A stretch of DNA of 64,000 nucleotides from Dudresnaya verticillata. Taxonomy: Eukaryota. The notes under the pieces were generated by a model. The model made no database searches and was not told the origin of the DNA. It saw nothing but the letters and a program-made list of their open reading frames with translations. The position numbers and the translations under genes are program-made. Of the stretch, positions 53,892 to 64,000 are shown in pieces (the stretch's first letter is position 1; every line of letters begins with the position of its first letter). Where the stretch lies: positions 1,674,001 to 1,738,000 of the forward strand of contig OZ374563.1 of the NCBI GenBank assembly GCA_977862235.1, read 5' to 3'.

Positions 53892-54737
53892 ATGGACTGC
53901 GGCGACTTTTACGAAGCCGGCTACGCCTGGCTCGTCGACAGCGACGCAATAGACTCCATCCGCCCGATGACCAAGTACGAGATCCTTCAGGAGAGCGCGT
54001 CGTGCTGGTTCCATGTCGAGACGGGCGCCGCCGCCGCGGGCGAGGGGCTCTGCCAGCTCCCGTGGCAGAAGAAGTTCACGTCCATCCACGGCAACGACAT
54101 CCAGGGATGCCATGCTATGTTTGAGGAGGAGAAGAGGCGTGCCAGATACCCGGTGTACAAGTGCGCCATCTCCTACAAGCACCGTCTGGACAGGGGCGGA
54201 GATGTCCCAGTTCTGACCGACACACAATTGGGATACCTTAAGAAGCTCCTCCATCTCGTTAAACGTGATAACCAACATATTGGCAACCACAAGGCCACAT
54301 ACGCACTGTGGCTTGACGACGTGTACACGTTCAGGGTGCGGGACAAGACCAGATCTAGTCGGTGGGTGAGTCATGGCCTCAAGCCGTACATGAGCAGCAC
54401 CGTGCTGGCGCTCAACCATCCCGTCTATGCTTGCGGCGGCGGCAAGCTTGGGTTTTGGCTTTGTGCAGAGCAATGGCTCGGGCAGTCTAGCGGGACCAGG
54501 TTCTATCGTATCATGGGTGGGCAAGCGCACCATACAGAATATAAACTTTCTAAACGCAGTGATCCTCTGGGCACGCTGGCGCTTCTTGTTAAGCTTGCTA
54601 GACAGCATGGCCGTCTGAGGCTGAACGATCCCCATGGGGCGGTAGAAGATTTCTTGAGAAGGCATACAAGGGAAAACGTGCCTATGGATAAAGGCATTCA
54701 GAGAGAGTTTCTGAGGTTTCTTGGAAAGGAGATATGA
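53892..54737 (+). CDS. Hypothetical protein with HET/TIR-like motif order (281 aa)
   Basis: ACCATGG start and 5' GC3 bias; motifs CAISYKH...ALWLDDVY...W..HGLKPY...TVLAL...FWLCAE. Confidence 0.65.
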   Translation: MDCGDFYEAGYAWLVDSDAIDSIRPMTKYEILQESASCWFHVETGAAAAGEGLCQLPWQKKFTSIHGNDIQGCHAMFEEEKRRARYPVYKCAISYKHRLDRGGDVPVLTDTQLGYLKKLLHLVKRDNQHIGNHKATYALWLDDVYTFRVRDKTRSSRWVSHGLKPYMSSTVLALNHPVYACGGGKLGFWLCAEQWLGQSSGTRFYRIMGGQAHHTEYKLSKRSDPLGTLALLVKLARQHGRLRLNDPHGAVEDFLRRHTRENVPMDKGIQREFLRFLGKEI

Positions 54738-55835
54738 GATGGGAGGGAAACTCTTGGATGTAGACGGCTTGTAATGGTGGTTATTCAGTTTTGGGATGCT
54801 GCAACTGTATCCGTCTCAGTAAAGCGTTCGTTTCTATGTGATATAGACCACCGTTTGCATCGTCGAAGATTGAAAGCATTGGTATCAAAGGTTGCCCTTC
54901 ATCACACAAGATTTCTTATAGTTGCAAGCAGCTGGGGGTACTGAAGGCGAGATTGAAATGAGGCAGACTGTCGTTCTCATCCGCCCAATGTGTACGAGCG
55001 AAGAGACATGCAATGCGCCTTGTACAAGGTAAGGCAATGGATTTTCTAAGCCGCTTGCTGGCCTCCCGTTGGGGAAAAATGCACGACGGGCACGTGAGGA
55101 TCAAGCCGGGTGGGGAAGAAGCGTTCACGACAGCAACAGTGTTGATGTCAACAGACCGATCACAGCTCATGCACTGAGATTCTTGCGACCAGCGGCCCAA
55201 TGACAGCAATTTCAGCTCTCCCATGACATTTCCGCGACATTTCCATGATTTGCACTGTCGCAGAGCAGGTTAGCGAGACTTCGCCATCATCTATCATTTT
55301 CATACCTTCTGTAGGGCACACCACAATTTTTCGCTCATTGCTTGCACCGCTTCTGAGTTTCAATGAGTTCCGTAGCAAACTTCTTCTTAAGAAGGTAGGA
55401 AAAGAAGAAATAAATTGAAACTCTCCGAAGATGTGGAATTCAAAGCGTAACTTTCATTTCAGAGTGTAGACTGCAGTCGGCAGTCGGCCTCTCCTAACAA
55501 CTGCATTTTGCTGAGGGCAATATCTAGTTTTGTTTTAGACTCTCACGTTGTGTTGAGGTCTGACTACATCATTTGGTTCTTGTTTTAACGATAGAGGACC
55601 CTCCTCTCCCGAGAGAGTCAATCCTCTCCGAGAAAAGAATCTACTCTTGAACATCGAGTTTCCTTTACAAGCACTGTAGTATAAGTAGCGGCCAGCGTGC
55701 AGCTTTCCGAATAAAAAAGGGCATCAGACTCGACAAAGGAGCTGGTCGTTTACGCCACTGCTTCTGCTCAATGCTTCGCGGCGCGTGTAAAAGAGTCATT
55801 GTGGGGACCGCATTACATTACTTGCCAAGCCTTAA

Positions 55836-56918
55836 ATGGTTTTCATCCCAGTCCGTTCTTCCTGGGTTGGTTATTTTATCGAGTTTGTGTCGATATTCAC
55901 CGAGCTGGCTCTCCTCAAGGGATTACTCAACTTGCGAGCCTATTTCGAGTGCAAGGAGTTAGAGAAAGGGAATGATATTAGAATTAAAGCGCATCTGACT
56001 CGCGTCCGCATTATCAAGATATCTGCTCTGGTGCTATTTGTTTTTTCAGGAGGTTTGGTATCTGCTTATAATCAACCCAGGAAAGAAAAAATCAAGAGAA
56101 CAGACCGTTGCATAAAAACGTCCTTTGGAATTTCTAAGAAGGATGAAACTACCCTGTCAGAAATTATCTCCTATGGGTGCCTTACTGTTGAGAAAAACAT
56201 CATTTATTTCAAGACGGGCAACTTTAGCTTGAGAAATGGTCAAGGTACTTGCAACAATGAGTTAGCGTTCAGTTTCCAGCTGGGCGAAGTAGTGAAAATT
56301 TCGAAAAGAGATGCTGGAGATGTTGAAGAAAAGTGCGGCGATGGATCCTGTTCTCTGGTGGCTTGGAAAGATGGGCGATTGCTGGATTCTGGTTTGCAGC
56401 CGCCCCGTTTGACAGATGACGAACGTATATCTTTTTATCCCACAAATGTTACAAAAGATATTAGTAACGACCTGCCTCGCTACGCCGAGAAGGCTTACAA
56501 CCTGAATGCAGTTCCTGTGACTGACACTGTTGTTTTTAGAAGGAGGTTGCTGATCGGATGGGAGGAAGGTGAATGTCCGTTCGAGAGCGACAAGCGTGAT
56601 GGTACAGACCTTCCCTTAGCAATCATCATAATCACTGGTGCAATATGGACACTGACTATCGCCTTTTTCTTGGGAACACTGGTGTTGAAGCACAATTGCA
56701 ACATCTTGTATGACCTCAATGATATCAAGAAAATTCTGACCAACACAATTATTAATGGAGACATGAGTAGGACCTCGCCCGACGACGGAGTCATCTGTTT
56801 ACAGGAGGACAGCACGTCCGGTACAAGAAGAGTTACCTATACTACAGTAACTCAACGTCCAACAAAGGACCAAGAGGGAACCGCTTCTCTGCCTGACACG
56901 ATAGACACGATGGCCTAA
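55836..56918 (+). CDS. Multi-pass membrane protein, paralogue B (360 aa)
   Basis: Colinear with 48704-49822, with substitutions and frame-preserving indels. Confidence 0.75.
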   Translation: MVFIPVRSSWVGYFIEFVSIFTELALLKGLLNLRAYFECKELEKGNDIRIKAHLTRVRIIKISALVLFVFSGGLVSAYNQPRKEKIKRTDRCIKTSFGISKKDETTLSEIISYGCLTVEKNIIYFKTGNFSLRNGQGTCNNELAFSFQLGEVVKISKRDAGDVEEKCGDGSCSLVAWKDGRLLDSGLQPPRLTDDERISFYPTNVTKDISNDLPRYAEKAYNLNAVPVTDTVVFRRRLLIGWEEGECPFESDKRDGTDLPLAIIIITGAIWTLTIAFFLGTLVLKHNCNILYDLNDIKKILTNTIINGDMSRTSPDDGVICLQEDSTSGTRRVTYTTVTQRPTKDQEGTASLPDTIDTMA

Positions 56919-57201
56919 GGGTGAGGAACGACCTCCATTTATGTCTCTTCTTCGCTCGAAGTCGTTCCTGGGCATGAAGTCGATTGAAATACAGGGCGTG
57001 TGCTACACCTTTCTTTCGTCTTGCTTATGGAGCTCCGCAGCTGTCATCCAGCACATTGTGCAACCTATTTATCACGGACTAGTTGTATGACGGATTTCCA
57101 CGTTCTGGGAGAGAGCCACGACGTGCTGCTACACCTTGCTATTCCATGGCCTTTTCTATATCAAAATCGGTACACTTCTGGGTGCCGTTCATTGCAACCT
57201 T

Positions 57202-57405
57202 TTATTTAATGTAGTCGTTGATATGCTGCAGCGACGTGGACCCGTCGCAGAAGGTCAGGCGGCACGCCGCGGCGCACGGGTCCGGCGCCAGGTTGGGCGA
57301 CAGCGCGCGCAGCTGCGGCGCGCGCGGCTTGGCGCTGCGCGCGGCGCGCAGCAGCGACATCAGCAGCAGGGCGGACAGCGGGTGCAGAGGGTGCGCGCGC
57401 GGCAT
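57202..57405 (-). pseudogene. Truncated, chimeric copy of the secreted DUF2135-like gene at the duplication junction (67 aa)
   Basis: Same start and signal peptide as 47347, broken after TFCDGSTSL and ending QHINDYIK* in unrelated flank. Confidence 0.8.
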
Positions 57406-58761
57406 GGCGGAGGGCGGGGCGAGGGCGACGGTGATTGCGCGGCGTGGCGATGGCGGGGGGGCGCGGGGCGCGGGGCGGTGGGGGGGAATGGTGACATAAG
57501 TAGGGGGAAACGGCTGGGAGCGGCGATGTGTGATCTCTCGTGGGGTGAGACTGTGACTCTGAGAGTGGTGGCGGGATGCGGCAGCGGCAGGAGGGATGGC
57601 GTGCTGCAGCGATAGATGCGGCTCCAACGTAACCGCAAATTGCGCGGGCAGTCTCGAGTGATATTGCGGAAAGTTGTGCGGTTCTTATGACTTCGCTAAT
57701 GTGATGAACGTTACGAAGCGCTGTTGCGGCTCCCGTCGGGTGCGTATGTGATCACAGTACGGTAGACGCACTGCTACCTGTACGTCATGTACCTTTGAAG
57801 GTATAACACTATTATACTGCACAGGGCAGCTACAGCGGCTTCGCAGTCGCGTCTCCCAATATCTACGCGATGACACGCACAGCACTCCCACCTTCCTCCT
57901 TGCAACCGCCAGTCTTGCTCCTCGCTACTTGTTGTTTGCGTTATCCAAAGAATAACAAGAAAAAAGCAAGTGGGACTAGACTACACTAGAATCAAGTGGG
58001 CCAAGTGCAAGTTGCCGAGACCGGTTTGCTTGTTGTAGTCCCCCCAGCTGTAGAGTGTGCATCAGTTCCAACCGAATATCAAACAGACCTTGACCCTTGC
58101 AAGGTATAGCAAAAAGTCGGATACGAAAATGTCGCCATTCTCGAAAACGCTCCGCGTGATTCGCACTTCCTCCATGTCCATCATTTCGAACACATTATTA
58201 TGCAAACACTTGTTGTACTATCCAGGCATGTCCCAATGGCAGCAAACAAAGTCGCACTATCATTCCATCCCGGCCTCAGTAACACTTTGGCCTTGTGGTA
58301 CCACCTTATTAACACCATCGAAAAAACTTCAGACGGGAACGAATGTATTGGGCCCATCACTAGCAAACTGGCTTTGGGGCCTTTACATATTTGCAGCCCC
58401 AGCTCAGCAAGCCTTTCGCACCTCTTCATCATTTCAGCCCACTTCCGTAGAGATTAGAGTATGTAATTCCCAGAAAACTCGGGGCAAGAATGTGGACTCC
58501 ATATCGCAGGTTAACGAGACTTCGCCAGAGTCTATCATTTTCATACCTTCTGTAGGGCACAGCACTATTTTTCGCCCATTGCTTGCATCGCTTCTGATTT
58601 TCAATGAGTTCCGTAGCAAACTTCTTCTTAAGAAGGCAGGAAAAGAAGGGGGGGAAATTAAACTCTCCGAAGATGTCGAATCCAACGCGTTCAGGAGCAG
58701 ATACATAACCTGATTTCAGAGCCATTGTGGGGACCGCGTTACATTACTGGCGACGTCTGAA

Positions 58762-59880
58762 ATGGTTTTCATCCCAGTCCGTTCTTCCTTGGTTGGTTAT
58801 TTTATCGAGGGTGTTTCGATATTCACCGAGCTGGCTCTCCTCAAGGGATTACTCAACTTGCGAGCCTATTTCGAGTGCAAGGAGTTAGAGAAAGGGAAAG
58901 GTATTAGAATTAAAGCGCATCTGACTCGCGTCCGCGTCATCCAGATATCTGCTGTGGTGCTATTTATTGCCGCAGAAGGTTTGGTATCTGCTTTTAATCA
59001 ACCCGGGAAAGAAAAAATCCCGAGAACAGACCGTTGCATAAAAACGTCCTTTGGAATTTCTAAGAAGGATGAAACTCCACTGTCAGAAATTGTCTCCTAT
59101 GGGTGCCTTACTGTTGAGAAAAACATCATTTCTTTCAAGACGGGCAACTTTAGCTTGGAAAATGGTCAAGCTACTTGCAGCAATGAGACAGCGTTCAGTT
59201 TCAAACTCGGCGAAGTAGTGAAAATTTCGAAAAGAGATGCTGGAGATGTTGAAGAAAAGTGCGGCGATGAATCCTGTTCTCTGGTGGCTTGGAAAGATGG
59301 GCGATTGCTGTATTCTGGTGAGTACCCGAAGGATTTGATAAATGACAAACCTATAGAATTTTATCCCACAAATGTTACAAAAGATATTAGTAACGACCTT
59401 CCTCGCTACGCCGAGAAGGCTCACAAACTGAATGCAGTTCCTGTGACTGACACTGTTGTTTTTAGAAGGAGGTTGCTGATCGGATGGGAGGAAGGTGAAT
59501 GTCCGTTCGAGAGCGACAAGCGTGATGGCACAGACCTTCCCTTAGCAATCATCATAATCACTGGTGCAATATGGACATTGACTATCGCCTTTTTCTTGGG
59601 AACACTGCCGTTGAAGCGCAATATCTTCTTTGACTTAAATGATAGGAAGAAAGTTCTGACCAACACAATTATTAATGGAGACATGAGTAGGGGCTCGCCC
59701 GACGATGGAATCATCCGTTTGCAGGGCAGCACGTCCGGTACAAGAAGAGTTACCATTACTACCGTAAATCAACGTCCAACAAGTCGTTCCAACCGTACTA
59801 GTCTGGGTGGCAGTTCGGTTGATACAAAGGACCAAGAGGGAACCGCTTCTCTGCCTGACACGATAGACACGATGGCCTAA
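58762..59880 (+). CDS. Membrane protein paralogue A, second copy
   Basis: Translation identical to 48704-49822. Confidence 0.75.
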   Translation: MVFIPVRSSLVGYFIEGVSIFTELALLKGLLNLRAYFECKELEKGKGIRIKAHLTRVRVIQISAVVLFIAAEGLVSAFNQPGKEKIPRTDRCIKTSFGISKKDETPLSEIVSYGCLTVEKNIISFKTGNFSLENGQATCSNETAFSFKLGEVVKISKRDAGDVEEKCGDESCSLVAWKDGRLLYSGEYPKDLINDKPIEFYPTNVTKDISNDLPRYAEKAHKLNAVPVTDTVVFRRRLLIGWEEGECPFESDKRDGTDLPLAIIIITGAIWTLTIAFFLGTLPLKRNIFFDLNDRKKVLTNTIINGDMSRGSPDDGIIRLQGSTSGTRRVTITTVNQRPTSRSNRTSLGGSSVDTKDQEGTASLPDTIDTMA

Positions 59881-61101
59881 GGGTGAGGAACGACCTCCAT
59901 TTATGTCTCTTCTTCGCTCGAAGTCGTTCCTGGGCATGAAGTCGATTGAAATACAGGGCGTGTGCTACGCCCTTCTTTCGTCTTGCTTATGGAGCTCCGC
60001 AGCTGTCATCCAGCACATTGTGCAACCTATTTATCACGGACTAGTTGTATGACGGATTTCCACGTTCTGGGAGAGAGCCACGACGTGCTGCTACACCTTG
60101 CTATTCCATGGCCTTTTCTACATCAAAATCGGTACACTTCTGGGTGCCGTTCATTGCAACCTTTTATTTAATGTAGTCGTTGATATGCTGCAGCTGAGGT
60201 CACTTTCCGGATCTCATTTCTTCTGCACTAACCTATAAATACGTGTTCGGCATTCTATTCACAGCTTCCAGCAATCACTCCCAGAGGCAATAACAATAAG
60301 CGATGATTTCGATAGAATGAATAGGCAGAGCCTTAGAAGAGCATTTGAATCTACGAGGAAAATCCTCAATAGCACAAATCTTGCGCAGCGCAACTGGTTA
60401 TCAGCGGCAACTTTCTGCTTAGCTACATGCTGATACCACCTCTCCTTGGAGGGCTCCCAAGTAGCACAGCGCCTCCTCCGTGGTACCACTGGGGGAGCAG
60501 CAGGCACGTGATCGACAATAGAAGCGTGTTTGTTACATGGAGCTGGCGTCAGCCTGCATAGAAAACTTACTCTTCTCTTTCCGTGCAGTGACCTCTCATG
60601 TGGTCCACTCCGGTAGGACGAGCGTATGAAGCTCTTTCTCAGGAGAACACTAAAGTGCAGCGCAGGTGGCAAAAAGACTGTTGGCATCTTGTGGGCTGTG
60701 TTGTTCATCGTGTCGCGGGCGCAAAAAGGACAGGAGTCCAATCCAAGAGTCTGACCGACGTTTGTCCAGGGACGCCACACCTGCGCACGCCCTGCTTTCG
60801 CTCTCACCATGAATGTCGCGAGATGCAAAAGTGTGTTCGTATGCTCCCAGGAGGCACGTGCTGCGCACATTTTATTGGATGCTGCCCGTTTTGCTTTGAG
60901 ATGGGCCCTCACCAAGCCATTTACGGCAATTTCACCTCCCACATCACAATTCCGTGATGTGCGCTGTCCAAGTCGAAGACCAAGTCACACCTTCCACACG
61001 AAACGCCGGGGGCACAAGACGGACGCCGTCGGTGAACCCGCTCGTCGCGGGCAACGGCGCAGCACAGCGCAACCCCAGCCCGACCTCGGCGCCTCTCCGC
61101 G

Positions 61102-62169
61102 ATGCAATTCTCTCGGGCAGTATCCGCGCTACCGCGGCGAACCTTTGCGCAGCACCACGTGCGCCGGCTACAGGGCACGCCGCCGCGGGGCACGCCGCGG
61201 AAGACGATGCGCACGCTGCGCCACAAGTACGAGCGAGGCGGGTCGCTGACCATGCTGACTGCGTACGACTACCCCTCCGCGCTGCACGCGGACCGCGCGG
61301 GCGTGGACGCCGTGCTGGTCGGCGACTCGCTGGGCATGGTCGTGCTGGGCTCGCGCACCACGCAGGCAGTCACGCTGGACGATATGGTACACCACGCGCG
61401 CGCTGCGCGTCGCGGAGTGCACGACGCTTTGCTCGTGGCTGACCTACCGTTCGGTACGTACGAGACGAGCACGTCGCAGGCAGTTTCGTCCGCAGTGCGA
61501 CTGGTCAAGGAAGCCGGCGTGGACGCCGTTAAGCTGGAGGGCGGCCGCGATCGGCAGCACATCCTGTCTGCTGTGGTTGACGCCGGTGTCGCCGTCATGG
61601 GCCATGTCGGGTTGCAGCCGCAGGCTGTGAGCAGGCTAGGGGGCTTTCGCGCTGTTGGTAAGAGCTGTGGAGAAGCCTGGCGCGTACTGGACGACGCTCG
61701 TGCTGTGGAGGCTGCAGGCGCATTCGCGTTCGTCATCGAGTGTGTACCGGAGCGCCTCGCGGGTGTTGTTCGCCGCGCCGTGGACATTCCAACGGTGGGC
61801 ATTGGTAGTGGTGTGGAATGTGACGGGCAGGTGTTGGTGTATCATGATATGCTTGGGATTCTGTCGCACCCGCACCATGCCAAGGTAGCACCCAAGTTTT
61901 CCAAGCTGTTTGCCGAGCTTGGCCCCCTTATCGACGAGGCCATTAGAGAGTACTGCCGTCAGGTCGAACAGGGCGAATTTCCAAGTGAGAGGTATTCGCC
62001 ATACTCCATTCCGGATAAAGAGTTTGATGACTTTCTGCGACAAGCCGGGGATCTGGAGGTGCGCAAGCGTGCCATCGAGGCTCGCGAGGAACGCCAGCAG
62101 CCACTGAAAGACGCTGGATCTCCTCGCGACGCCAGTCCACAAAGCACACAAGGTATTTCCGTATACTGA
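61102..62169 (+). CDS. panB: Ketopantoate hydroxymethyltransferase, second copy
   Basis: Translation identical to 51044-52111. Confidence 0.95.
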   Translation: MQFSRAVSALPRRTFAQHHVRRLQGTPPRGTPRKTMRTLRHKYERGGSLTMLTAYDYPSALHADRAGVDAVLVGDSLGMVVLGSRTTQAVTLDDMVHHARAARRGVHDALLVADLPFGTYETSTSQAVSSAVRLVKEAGVDAVKLEGGRDRQHILSAVVDAGVAVMGHVGLQPQAVSRLGGFRAVGKSCGEAWRVLDDARAVEAAGAFAFVIECVPERLAGVVRRAVDIPTVGIGSGVECDGQVLVYHDMLGILSHPHHAKVAPKFSKLFAELGPLIDEAIREYCRQVEQGEFPSERYSPYSIPDKEFDDFLRQAGDLEVRKRAIEAREERQQPLKDAGSPRDASPQSTQGISVY

Positions 62170-62220
62170 GTAGCTTGGAATCGGCACATGACAGTCGGTG
62201 ATGAGGTTAAAACATCTGTG

Positions 62221-62998
62221 TTAAGGTCGTTCCCCTACGCCCCCACACATGTCATACACAGCCTGTGCTATTTGCAGGGCAATCTCATCTGCCTTGCCAC
62301 CACTCCCGACAGGCGCCTCGGCGTACACTCGAACAATATCTTCTGTACCACTCGGCCGTACGAAAGCCCGACAGCCCTCTCCGGTAGAAATCTTCATGAC
62401 AGCGTCGCGAAGTGCCCGCGGCTCCCTGACGAGACGGTCGCAGTCCTCCGTAGCGATCACACTCTTATCAGCAATACGCACCACGAGATTGCTACTGCAT
62501 CTCTCGTCGTACAGCATAAGGCAATCCGCGAACGACATCCCTTCACTCGCGAGAATGCCCAGCACGAGCAGCAAGTCGGCCACGCCGTCGCCCACAGCCT
62601 GGTTGGCCAGCTCACTCATCGCAAGCAGCAGGGACAGACTGAGTTTTTGCTCCGATTCGGCCGGCTCACCCCCCAGGCGATCCATCGCCGCGGACAGGGC
62701 CGCGACGGCGTTGTCGCCGAACAAAATTGTGCCGTGTCCATTCGGTTCCCAATAAATACCTATATCAAACGTCCGCACGGCACGCTCCAGATGCTTGACG
62801 CCTGTCTTCGCGATGACGACCTCCACGCCGGCGAGGGCGGACAAAAATTCTGTGGCAGCGCCGTTTGAGTACGCCGTCTGTGCAACAGCAACGGTGAGTC
62901 CAGATACGGCGGCCTGCGTGAGATGTCTGGCCACAAACGACGAGACAAGCGCGGCAAAGCGGTCGCCGTCGGCCAACACGACATCCTGCCCCTTCGGG
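62221..62998 (-). pseudogene. PGM3: 5'-truncated PGM3/AGM1, second copy
   Basis: Identical to 52163-52940. Confidence 0.8.
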
Positions 62999-63949
62999 CG
63001 TGTAGACAGTTCTATTGTCTGCCGTGGTTGAGAGGTACCTTCAAGGTAGGCACGAAGTCGATAATAACATAGAAGCGTGCTTACGCGGAGATACAGTTGT
63101 AGCGTCTGCAGGAGTTGAGAGGTAGAAAGTGCGGAAAGGAGTGGGATCATCTGCTGCAACTCCAGAGCGAAAGGCGCAACCTGGGTAGAGATGATGCGTG
63201 CACCGGGGGGCCAGTCGCGCAGCTAATTGAAGGCAATTTCACACCATTCACGAAGTCTTTTTTTGAAGTCATGGGTGCCGACCAGCAATGAATGTGCGCA
63301 CGTAGGACGTCATTTTGATGAACGCGCTTCAGATGAAGTGTTCCAATTGTTCACACCTCCTCATGAAAAGGTAGACAAGGTGAAACTGAAAAGTTCCACC
63401 CTTCTGTTTCCAAATCACGTGCGTCTCCGTCATTGTTTCCAGCAAACTTGCTGCAGATCAGGCAGGAGTTTTCCTCCACATCAACTCGTTCGAGACAGGT
63501 CCTCTCCATCTCCTCGTCCCCGAGCTGTACTGTTGCTCCACACCTCCAAGTCGCGAAGCAAGACTCTTGCAGCATTCCATACCCGCAATTCTGCAAGACA
63601 ACGGCGATGTCGCTGTCCCAATTGCCAAATTAACGTCCATCTGCAGGAAAAATGGTAAGACAACAAGAGCATGTAAGGTGAGCTGTCACCGTTGGCAAGT
63701 CCTGCCAACTTGAAGGGAGAACCCAGTTTATACGTCAGCAGGCCATGAGGCCTTCGGTTCCGGATGTTCATTCCATGAAGGCTGAGCACCTGCACACTAT
63801 ATAACGATTGAATTCAGACTTCGCTCCCCCGCCTTGCTTTCCTGCGCCTGCTATCCTCAGCACCTGGTTCTAACTCACGCCCGCCCTTTGCACCATTCCA
63901 TCTCGAATCTGAGCTGCTCAGCCCTAACATCAATCCTCTTCCAACTACC

Positions 63950-64000
63950 ATGGACTGCGGCGACTTTTACGAAGCCGGCTACGCCTGGCTCGTCGACAGC
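63950..64000 (+). CDS. Start of the second copy of the HET/TIR-like ORF (cut by window end)
   Basis: ATGGACTGCGGCGAC... identical to 53892 onward. Confidence 0.65.
   Translation, partial: MDCGDFYEAGYAWLVDS

Larger units (their letters stand above)
47170..57227. repeat. Tandem segmental duplication, copy 1 (10,058-bp unit)
   Basis: Every ORF from about 47300 to 53740 reappears with an identical translation exactly 10,058 nt downstream. Confidence 0.95.
57228..64000. repeat. Tandem segmental duplication, copy 2 (runs off the window)
   Basis: Matches 47170-53942 at offset 10,058. Confidence 0.95.

Noticed and set aside
53817..54665. 282-aa minus-strand ORF
   Set aside because: Antisense shadow of 53892-54737, which has the TATA box, start context and motif pattern.

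Overview
Eukaryotic nuclear DNA with compact, almost intron-free genes, GC-rich 5' gene ends and one GTATGT...GCTAAC...CAG intron. This pattern and the gene content suggest a red alga, probably a multicellular florideophyte (inference). Recognisable genes: GAR1, a 3549-aa Csf1/BLTP1-like lipid transfer protein, DDB1, a nuclear Ycf21/chorismate-lyase-like gene, a 50-aa STMP1-like microprotein missed by the ORF track, proB, a mitochondrial carrier, a dsRNA-binding protein, two secreted YfaP/DUF2135-like paralogues and panB. The most striking element is a circularly permuted tRNA-Leu(CAG) gene on the minus strand (15658-15748). Its 3' half lies upstream of its 5' half, its flanks form a bulge-helix-bulge predicting a 29/30 anticodon-stem junction, and it has an upstream TATA-like box and a T7 terminator. 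The right end of the window is a near-identical 10,058-bp tandem duplication. The unit carries panB, a 5'-truncated PGM3, a HET/TIR-like ORF and paralogous membrane proteins with a hypervariable patch. All family assignments come from motif recognition by eye; no database searches were run.
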